A DNA stretch of 64,000 nt from Patescibacteria group bacterium (GTDB taxonomy: Bacteria; Patescibacteriota; Patescibacteriia; Patescibacteriales; UBA12465), in contig JBMNFV010000001.1 in NCBI GenBank assembly GCA_050949505.1, forward strand, positions 222,284 through 286,283. The letters are read 5' to 3'. The position numbers were made by a program, and so were the translations under genes. The notes beneath the pieces were generated by a model that searched no databases, was not told the origin of the DNA, and was given only the letters and a program-made list of their open reading frames with translations. How positions within the stretch are numbered: the first letter of the stretch is position 1; every line of letters starts with the position of its first letter. Shown in pieces: positions 55,180 to 62,278 of the stretch.

Positions 55180-56775
55180 ATGTTTGATTATTTACAACAA
55201 TTTAATCGCCTCCCTAAAGAGTTGCGAGAAAAGATATCCACTCCAGAGATGATTAACATCATCTCTAAGTTGGAAGAGGAGTACCGTCTAGACCTAGCGG
55301 CTCTAGTGATGAAGGTGATGGTTAAGATAGTTAGCTGGCAAAACCTGGCCTTAACTCTAGTTGGCGAGTTTAATTTATCACAAACCGCAGCCGAATCTTT
55401 AGCGAAGAAGTTAAACGAGCAAGTATTTAGTCAGGTAGCTGGTCATTTAGGTTTAGAGTCTGCTAGTCCATCACTATCTAAAGAGGAGCAGGCAATTTTG
55501 ATTATCAAGAAATCAGCGATCAAGCTTTCTAGTAGTGAACTAGAGCAAAGGCTAAAGAGGATAATTATCACCTACCTTAAAGGAATTAGAGATAAAATTG
55601 CCATTCAGGACACCTTAGCCAAGTCAGTGGTCTATGGTGGCTTAAATCTACCAGAAGCAGAGATTCAAAAAATTATAGAACTGAGTGATAAATTTTTACA
55701 TTCTCCTGAAACGACAACCTCAGCAGTTGAGAGCAAAGTAGCTAGTCAGCCAGTTAGCAGTTCGCGCTTGCAAGAGATAATGGCGCAAGACTTATTAAAC
55801 ACGCCGGCAGAATATGACTTAAAGTCAGCCCTTCAAGAGCAAGGTCAGTTAAAGGCAGCTAGTCGGGAAACTCCCACCTTAGCCCCCTTAGACACTTCTC
55901 TGCAAGTCAAGGCACCAGACAAGCCAGAAACCTTAAAGTCTCCTGCTCAAGCTCAATCGCTACAGGCTCCAATTGAAGCGGAGAAATTAGCCCAACCTAA
56001 AGAAAGAAAGGCAATTGCGCAGCCAATTAAGCCTGAGAGCTTATCGCCAATTTCTCGTCCTGACAAGACCTTGGCAGAGGAACCGGTTAAGCCTACCGCT
56101 CCCCAGGCTAGTTCTCCGACTCCAGTGCCGACCTTGACTAAGCAGGAGTTAAAGTCAGTTCCAGATTCTCAGCAATCGGCTAAAGTCTCTAAGATGGCGA
56201 CAATGTTTGCACGGCTTAAATTTAAGCGAGACAAGCAATTAGCGCCAAAGAGTGAGGCTGAGAAAAAAGTTAGGTCAAATAAAGAGGCAGAAGCTTTATT
56301 ATCACGCCCTAAAGAACAAGTTAAGCCGCCGGCCAAGAAAGACTTAAGCTATCCCTTATCAGCTCCGGGCATTGCCGAGGCTCGTTCTCTGGCTTCCGCT
56401 GGACGACCAGCCACTAAACCGATAGTGAGAGATATAAAGCCCATGCCCCGATTGATGGGACCAATTGAGGAATTAAAGTATTTAGACTTGGAAAATTTCC
56501 GACGTTTAGGCAAGACTCCCGCAGAGATAGCTAATAAAATTATTGCGAAAATTAAATTGTTAGAAGGGGATGGTTATGATAGAATGATCAAAGGAATTCA
56601 GGCCTGGCGAAGCAGTCCAGTTAATGCCTTGTACCTAAAAATGGTTAAGGAAGCGATGGCGCAGGGCATTCCAGTAAAGAATTTAGCTAGCTATCATGAC
56701 AAACATCCCAATAAGTATTTAAGTGTAGCAGAAATAGAGGAAATTATAAGCCTAAATGCTAAGTTGATTTTATAA
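55180..56775 (+). CDS. Hypothetical protein, paralogous N-terminal domain (copy 2) with Pro/Lys-rich disordered linker
   Basis: 531 aa. N-terminal domain shared with 54136..55170, a central low-complexity P/K/A/Q region, and a conserved-looking C-terminal globular part. Confidence 0.55.
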   Translation: MFDYLQQFNRLPKELREKISTPEMINIISKLEEEYRLDLAALVMKVMVKIVSWQNLALTLVGEFNLSQTAAESLAKKLNEQVFSQVAGHLGLESASPSLSKEEQAILIIKKSAIKLSSSELEQRLKRIIITYLKGIRDKIAIQDTLAKSVVYGGLNLPEAEIQKIIELSDKFLHSPETTTSAVESKVASQPVSSSRLQEIMAQDLLNTPAEYDLKSALQEQGQLKAASRETPTLAPLDTSLQVKAPDKPETLKSPAQAQSLQAPIEAEKLAQPKERKAIAQPIKPESLSPISRPDKTLAEEPVKPTAPQASSPTPVPTLTKQELKSVPDSQQSAKVSKMATMFARLKFKRDKQLAPKSEAEKKVRSNKEAEALLSRPKEQVKPPAKKDLSYPLSAPGIAEARSLASAGRPATKPIVRDIKPMPRLMGPIEELKYLDLENFRRLGKTPAEIANKIIAKIKLLEGDGYDRMIKGIQAWRSSPVNALYLKMVKEAMAQGIPVKNLASYHDKHPNKYLSVAEIEEIISLNAKLIL

Positions 56776-56778
56776 GTT

Positions 56779-57213
56779 ATGCAGCAATTTACCGTTCCAC
56801 AATTTATTGATGTTGAGGCTAAAATTATTGGCCCGTTAACGGTCAGGCAGTTTTTGATTGTACTAGCAGCAGCCCTACTGGGAGGAATTTCTTATCGGCT
56901 TTTTGATTTTTCTCTATTTATCACCATTACCGTAATACTATTATTACTAGCCGCAACCTTTGCCTTTGTTAAAATTAATGCCCGTCCCTTTCATTTTTTC
57001 TTTTTAAATGTTTTGCAAACCCTGCGCCGTCCTCGGTTAAGATTATGGAGAAAAATTGATGCTGATCAACCACTAGAAGCAGTTAAGACCTATTCTAAAC
57101 CAGAGGTCCCGGTAGTGACTCATAAAGAATTCTATAAAAAATCACGGCTAGCTGAACTGGCCTTAGTGGTAGATACTCAAGGTAAATATAAAGGTGAGTC
57201 CGCAGATATTTAA
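56779..57213 (+). CDS. PrgI family (VirB3-like) T4SS membrane protein
   Basis: 144 aa. The N-terminus FTVPQFIDVEAKIIGPLTVRQFLIVLAAALLGGISY followed by a second TM helix is the characteristic PrgI-family pattern. It sits directly upstream of VirB4, as in Gram-positive T4SS operons. Confidence 0.75.
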   Translation: MQQFTVPQFIDVEAKIIGPLTVRQFLIVLAAALLGGISYRLFDFSLFITITVILLLLAATFAFVKINARPFHFFFLNVLQTLRRPRLRLWRKIDADQPLEAVKTYSKPEVPVVTHKEFYKKSRLAELALVVDTQGKYKGESADI

Positions 57214-57223
57214 TTTTTAAATT

Positions 57224-57901
57224 ATGGCTACTAAAAAATCCAATCAAAGCTCAGCTGCCTCCACTCAACAGTATTTAGATATAGCAGAAATTAAAGACAA
57301 TACCATTGTGCTAAAAGATGGCACTATTAGGGCAGTGTTATTAGCTTCTAGTATTAATTTTTCCCTAAAAAGTGAGGATGAACAAAATGCAGTAATTAGT
57401 GGTTATGTGCAGTTTTTAAATAATTTATCTTTCACCCTGCAAATAGTTATTCAATCTCGGGAGCTAGATATTGGTAGTTATTTAGAGTATTTAAAGGACA
57501 AAGAGAAGAAGCAGGTTAATCGTTTGCTTAAGGCTCAGACAGCTGATTATATAGAATATATAGATAGTCTAGCTTCGCTAGGACAGATAATGAATAAGCG
57601 GTTTTATGTGATTGTTCCCTATGACCCCCTCACTGATAAACATAAGAGCTTTTTTAGTTCTATCTCAGAAGCGCTTAGACCGGCGACGACTATCAAACTC
57701 AAGGAAAAAGTCTTTCGTAAATATCAGGATATGTTGGATCGTCGGGTGCAAAGTGTAGCGGGGGGACTAGAATCTATGGGAATTTCCGTTGCACGCTTAG
57801 ACACACAAAGTCTCATTGAGCTCTACTATAAAACATATAATCCAGAAACAGCTCGCAATCAGTCATTAGCTAATATTGAAGAGTTGCGAGTGGAGAACTA
57901 A
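57224..57901 (+). CDS. VirB4/PrgJ N-terminal domain encoded as a separate ORF
   Basis: 225 aa. YLDIAEIKDNTIVLKDGTIRAVLLASSINFSLKSEDEQNAVISGYVQFLNNLSFTLQIVIQS matches the N-terminal pattern of Gram-positive VirB4 homologues. It is in the same frame as the next ORF, separated by one TAA plus 9 nt. Confidence 0.65.
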   Translation: MATKKSNQSSAASTQQYLDIAEIKDNTIVLKDGTIRAVLLASSINFSLKSEDEQNAVISGYVQFLNNLSFTLQIVIQSRELDIGSYLEYLKDKEKKQVNRLLKAQTADYIEYIDSLASLGQIMNKRFYVIVPYDPLTDKHKSFFSSISEALRPATTIKLKEKVFRKYQDMLDRRVQSVAGGLESMGISVARLDTQSLIELYYKTYNPETARNQSLANIEELRVEN

Positions 57902-57910
57902 AAATTACTT

Positions 57911-59800
57911 ATGGTTAATTTTAAACAATCAGACAAGAAGAAAATAGATTTACAAGCGTCAGTTTTCTCAGGCAAAAAACCGGGAGCGCCCATTGAGCGA
58001 GACCCGCAACTAACCAGGGAAGTGATTGAGGAAGAAAAAGCCTTTCGTCGCGGAGTAGTGTCGGTAAAAGATATTATTGCTCCGGCTAGCTTGAAAGTGG
58101 ACACTAATCACTTGATGTTGGGCGGGAAGTTTGTCCGGACTATTTTCGTAATCAGTTATCCCCGTTATATTACCGTTGGTTGGTTTGCGCCGATTATTAA
58201 TTTAAATACCGCTTTTGATGTGGGGATGTTCTTTTATCCAGTCAAAAGTGCCATTATTTTAAAGCAATTAAAGAACCGGGTGGGAGTATTAGAGGCGCAA
58301 ATTATGTCTGACCATGAAAAGGGGGCCGCCCGAGACCCTTTACGAGAAACCGCTTTGCGCGATATTGAGTATTTACGCGATGCCTTAACCCAAGGAACAG
58401 AAAAGTTTTTTCAGTTCTCACTTTATGTCACTCTTTATGCTGATAATTTAGCAGAACTGGACCGCTTGTCAGATGAGGTAGAGGACATTTTTGGCTCCCG
58501 CTTAGTTTATTCACGACGAGTCTATTTCCAATCAGAGCAGGGCTTTAACTCTACTATGCCGTTAGGTAATGATGAGCTTTATATCACCTTTAACATGAAC
58601 TCTTCGCCCATTGCCTCGTCTTTTCCCTTTATTTCCAGCGAGTTAACCAGTGATGAGGGGATTCTTTATGGGATTAATCGCCATAATAATAGCTTAATAC
58701 TTTTTGATAGGTTTTCTCTTCAGAATGCTAATTCAGTAGTATTTGCTACTTCCGGAGCAGGAAAAAGTTATGCGATTAAGTTGGAGATTCTGCGCTCACT
58801 AATGCTAGGAACGGAGGTAATTGTGATTGATCCAGAGTATGAGTATAAGTACTTAGCGGAGGCAGTGGGAGGCACTTATATCAATATCTCACTGGCTTCA
58901 GAGAACAAGATTAATCCCTTTGACTTGCCGCGAGCAATTGGCCAAGATATGCGCCCCAAGGATATTATTCGTAGTGCAGTAATTACCCTTAAGGGCTTAG
59001 TGAGACTAATGATCGGCAATTTAAATCATGATGAGGATTCAATCGTAGATAGGGCTTTGCTGGAGACTTATGCGAAAAAGGACATCACTCCGGATGCGGA
59101 CTTATCTAAAATAGAGCCCCCTATTATGGCTGACCTAGAGCAAGTTTTGGATGGCATGGAAGGAGGGGCTGACCTAGCCTTACGCTTAAAGAAATATACA
59201 GAGGGAACTTTTTCAGGCTTGTTAAATAATCCTACCAATGTGGAGATGAATAATCAGCTGGTTTGTTTTTCAGTACGAGACTTAGAAGATGAATTGCGAC
59301 CCATTGCTATTTATACGATCATTAATTACATCTGGAATATAGTTAGAAGCGAAATGAGAAAGAGAATCCTGGTCATTGATGAGGCTTGGTGGATGATGCA
59401 ACACGAGGATTCGGCTAAGTTTATTTTCGCTTTAGTAAAACGCTGTCGGAAGTATTATTTGGGGGTAACTACTATCACTCAGGACGTTAACGACTTCTTA
59501 ACTTCTCCCTATGGGCAAGCGATTGTCACCAACTCTTCCTTGCAAATTCTCTTTAAGCAATCTCCAGCGGCGATTGAGCTGGTAAAAAAGACCTTCCTGT
59601 TAACGGAAGGAGAGAAGTTCTTATTATTAGAAAGTGGCCTTGGCGAAGGGATCTTCTTTGCGGGCAATAAACACGTGGCGATGAAAGTAGTTGCCTCTTA
59701 TACTGAAGATCAGCTAATCACCTCTGATCCGCGGCAACTCTTAGAGATTGAAGAGGCCAAAAAAGAATTCAAAAGAAGCCAGGCAGAAGCTGGCGACTAA
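57911..59800 (+). CDS. VirB4-family T4SS ATPase (middle and ATPase domains)
   Basis: 629 aa. IAPASLKVDTNHLMLGGKFVRTIFVISYPRYITVGWFAPIINL (VirB4 middle domain), Walker A ATSGAGKSYA, Walker B ILVIDEAWWMM, and C-terminal ITQDVNDF motifs. Confidence 0.9.
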   Translation: MVNFKQSDKKKIDLQASVFSGKKPGAPIERDPQLTREVIEEEKAFRRGVVSVKDIIAPASLKVDTNHLMLGGKFVRTIFVISYPRYITVGWFAPIINLNTAFDVGMFFYPVKSAIILKQLKNRVGVLEAQIMSDHEKGAARDPLRETALRDIEYLRDALTQGTEKFFQFSLYVTLYADNLAELDRLSDEVEDIFGSRLVYSRRVYFQSEQGFNSTMPLGNDELYITFNMNSSPIASSFPFISSELTSDEGILYGINRHNNSLILFDRFSLQNANSVVFATSGAGKSYAIKLEILRSLMLGTEVIVIDPEYEYKYLAEAVGGTYINISLASENKINPFDLPRAIGQDMRPKDIIRSAVITLKGLVRLMIGNLNHDEDSIVDRALLETYAKKDITPDADLSKIEPPIMADLEQVLDGMEGGADLALRLKKYTEGTFSGLLNNPTNVEMNNQLVCFSVRDLEDELRPIAIYTIINYIWNIVRSEMRKRILVIDEAWWMMQHEDSAKFIFALVKRCRKYYLGVTTITQDVNDFLTSPYGQAIVTNSSLQILFKQSPAAIELVKKTFLLTEGEKFLLLESGLGEGIFFAGNKHVAMKVVASYTEDQLITSDPRQLLEIEEAKKEFKRSQAEAGD

Positions 59801-59823
59801 ATTAATTATTAATTAATAATTAT

Positions 59824-60438
59824 ATGATGAGAAATAGAAAAGCCATTGGCATCTTGTTAATTTTACTAGGATTAATCATCATTGGTTTAATAGTATTTTA
59901 TTTATACAATACCCGAGAGACTAGAATGACTGAATTGCCAGTTATTCCGGGTCAGCCAGGGGAGGAAATCTCAGATGAACCTAGTAGTAATCCGGGTAAT
60001 GTAATTGCTGACTATCGCTCTTATGACTTAAGTCAGGTTAGTCCTAAGGCCGTAACGGCGGATGACTTAGGAAAGTTGGCGATGTCAGTCACTGAAAGGT
60101 TTGGCTCTTTTTCTAGTCAATCAAATTACAGTAATTTAACTGACCTAAAGATTATCATGACTGAAAGCCTAGGAACTTGGGTAGATACTTATGTAGGCAG
60201 CCTAAGAAAGGAGCATGGCAGCGAGTCATATTACGGAATAGTTACTAAAGCAATTAATTATCAAGTTTTAGAATTTGATGCTCAGGCTGGCCGAGCTGAG
60301 ATAGTCGTTTCTACACAGCGACAAGAAAGTACAGGGGAAATGTTTGGTGGTGACCCCTATAGCCAAGATTTACGGCTAGTCTTTTTGGAGGTAAATGGTG
60401 ACTGGCTATTTGATGCCGCTTATTGGAGCAAGGATTAG
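59824..60438 (+). CDS. Bitopic membrane protein, VirB8/PrgL-position candidate
   Basis: 204 aa. One N-terminal TM (AIGILLILLGLIIIGLIVFYLY) plus a C-terminal domain of about 140 aa ending VNGDWLFDAAYW. The architecture and position after VirB4 resemble VirB8-like NTF2-fold proteins. I see no direct sequence motif. Confidence 0.35.
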   Translation: MMRNRKAIGILLILLGLIIIGLIVFYLYNTRETRMTELPVIPGQPGEEISDEPSSNPGNVIADYRSYDLSQVSPKAVTADDLGKLAMSVTERFGSFSSQSNYSNLTDLKIIMTESLGTWVDTYVGSLRKEHGSESYYGIVTKAINYQVLEFDAQAGRAEIVVSTQRQESTGEMFGGDPYSQDLRLVFLEVNGDWLFDAAYWSKD

Positions 60439-60461
60439 TTAGAGGTAATAAATGATTAATT

Positions 60462-61808
60462 ATGAGTGAGATTAAGTCTATTTTTATTTGTCGTAATTGT
60501 GACGCCCAGCATCCAAAGTGGAGTGGGCGTTGTTTAGAGTGTGGCGCCTGGGGAACGTTAACCGAGGAAATTAGAGATACTCATAGCCAGAAACAGGTCC
60601 TAGCTAAAAAGGTAGGGGGAACAGAAATAATTAACTTAAAAACCATCAAGGAAAAATCCCTACCACGACTACTAACTAATATTTCAGAAATAGATCGAGT
60701 CTTAGGAGGCGGATTAGTGCCAGGTTCTTTAATTCTCTTAAGTGGTGAGCCGGGAGTGGGCAAGTCCACTCTAGTAGCGCAGATTATAGAAGCAGTGACC
60801 AAAAAGGCCAGAGCGGTCTATGTTAGTGGGGAAGAGTCGGCTAGTCAGGTTAAGGCTCGCTTAGATCGCTTAAATTGTTCAGTGGAGAAAATAGGATTTA
60901 TTGCTGAAACTAATGTTGAAAAGATTATTACAACAATTAGCCAGGACCAGCCAGAGGTCTTGGTGGTAGACTCTATTCAAACCGTTTATTCCTCCTTAGT
61001 TCCTGCTGAGGCTGGCAATATCTCTCAAATTAGGGCCGCTGCGGTAAAGTTTTTAGAATTAGCGAAGGGTAACAATATTGCCGTTATTTTAATTGGTCAT
61101 ATTACTAAAGATGGACAAATTGCCGGGCCAAAATCTTTAGAACATATTGTTGATACCGTTCTGTATTTAGAGCGAGAAATTAATCACAACTATTCTTTGC
61201 TCCGAGCGACTAAGAATCGGTTTGGCTCTATTAACGAATTAGGAGTATTAGAAATGACCAACACCGGTTTTCAAGAACTTAGTAATCCAAGCGCTATTTT
61301 CATAGACGAGCAACTAGGCTCAGTGCCCGGCTCGGTGGCTACTTGTGTCATAGAAGGGAGTCGGCCCTTTTTAGTTAATATACAAGCCTTGGTGAGCAAA
61401 ACAATTTTTGGTTATCCGCAACGTAAAGTGAGTGGCCTAGACCTAAGTCGCCTACAAGTTCTTAGTGCCGTTATTAGCAAGCGAACTAAGATTAATTTAG
61501 TGAGTGCCGATATTATTTTAAATATTGTGGGCGGACTGAAGATCAATGACCCAGCGCTAGACTTAGCTAGTTGTGCGGCAATCATTTCTTCTCAGTTAAA
61601 CAAAAGCTTTCCCAGTGACACGGTAGTGCTAGGAGAGGTAGGTCTAGGAGGGGAAGTGCGCTCAGTTTCCCGATTAGCTGAGCGACTAAAGGAAGCCAAG
61701 CGCTTGGGGTATAAAAAAGCGCTAGTGCCGGATAATGCTAAGGCAATCACTGGATTGGAATTAATAAAAGTTAAGGAGCTACAAGACTTAGTAAAGTTTA
61801 TAGCTTAA
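60462..61808 (+). CDS. radA: DNA repair protein RadA/Sms
   Basis: 448 aa. Zn-finger CRNCDAQHPKWSGRCLECGAW, Walker A GEPGVGKST, the KNRFG motif, and a Lon-like C-terminal domain. Confidence 0.97.
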   Translation: MSEIKSIFICRNCDAQHPKWSGRCLECGAWGTLTEEIRDTHSQKQVLAKKVGGTEIINLKTIKEKSLPRLLTNISEIDRVLGGGLVPGSLILLSGEPGVGKSTLVAQIIEAVTKKARAVYVSGEESASQVKARLDRLNCSVEKIGFIAETNVEKIITTISQDQPEVLVVDSIQTVYSSLVPAEAGNISQIRAAAVKFLELAKGNNIAVILIGHITKDGQIAGPKSLEHIVDTVLYLEREINHNYSLLRATKNRFGSINELGVLEMTNTGFQELSNPSAIFIDEQLGSVPGSVATCVIEGSRPFLVNIQALVSKTIFGYPQRKVSGLDLSRLQVLSAVISKRTKINLVSADIILNIVGGLKINDPALDLASCAAIISSQLNKSFPSDTVVLGEVGLGGEVRSVSRLAERLKEAKRLGYKKALVPDNAKAITGLELIKVKELQDLVKFIA

Positions 61809-61841
61809 ATTAATCATAGCTTAGACAAATTAATAGTTAAT

Positions 61842-61869
61842 AAAAAAAGCGAGATTATTCTCGCTTTTA
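61842..61869. terminator. Bidirectional terminator between radA and the convergent small gene
   Basis: 7-bp stem AGCGAGA/TCTCGCT (61848-61854 / 61859-61865), loop TTAT, a 7-A run upstream (T-run on the minus strand) and TTTAT downstream. Confidence 0.65.
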
Positions 61870-61872
61870 TGA

Positions 61873-62175
61873 TTATTTTCCGTTCCTTCTTTTAGATCTC
61901 CTCATAGTTGCTTTTAAAGACTCTTCTTTGAAAATAGTTTCTATTAATTCACGTCCTTTGGGGGTGAAATTAATAACCCGAGAGTCTATGTATTCAGCTC
62001 GGCTATCCTTTACGTCAGAGATTTTCTGACAGTGAAGGTAACAGGCGATCGCCACGTTAGTTCCGGTTTCGTTTACTAAAATTTGATTGAGATCAACCAA
62101 AATTTTATCTCCTTGGTACTGTGCTTCCATTAATTTTCCGTTCTCCATTTTTTTCTTTTTTTTTAGATTAGACAT
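61873..62175 (-). CDS. Small Lys/Arg-rich hypothetical protein
   Basis: 100 aa, with basic N-terminus (NLKKKKK) and C-terminus (RRSKRRNGK). Driven by a near-consensus promoter and followed by a terminator. An alternative start is the second ATG (Met10). Confidence 0.55.
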   Translation of the reverse strand: MSNLKKKKKMENGKLMEAQYQGDKILVDLNQILVNETGTNVAIACYLHCQKISDVKDSRAEYIDSRVINFTPKGRELIETIFKEESLKATMRRSKRRNGK

Positions 62176-62217
62176 AGCCTGTCTTTGGCAGGCTTTAAAT
62201 TTTAAAGTACTAAAGTT

Positions 62218-62245
62218 ATTATAACATATTTTAGGAAATTGTCAA
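62218..62245 (-). promoter_or_regulatory. Near-consensus sigma-70 promoter with extended -10 (minus strand)
   Basis: The minus strand reads TTGACA (62245-62240), 16-nt spacer ending in TGT, then TATAAT (62223-62218). It lies about 45 nt upstream of the 62175 start codon. Confidence 0.6.
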
Positions 62246-62278
62246 GAGAATGGCTTTAAATAGTGGTAATCTTAGCAA

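Noticed and set aside
50598-60438. T4SS-like operon as part of an integrative conjugative element or plasmid remnant
   Set aside because: The window shows no integrase, relaxase, coupling protein, replication gene, flanking direct repeats or tRNA-adjacent junction. The flanks are core genes in the same orientation with the same compact style. This cannot be fully excluded without the whole genome.
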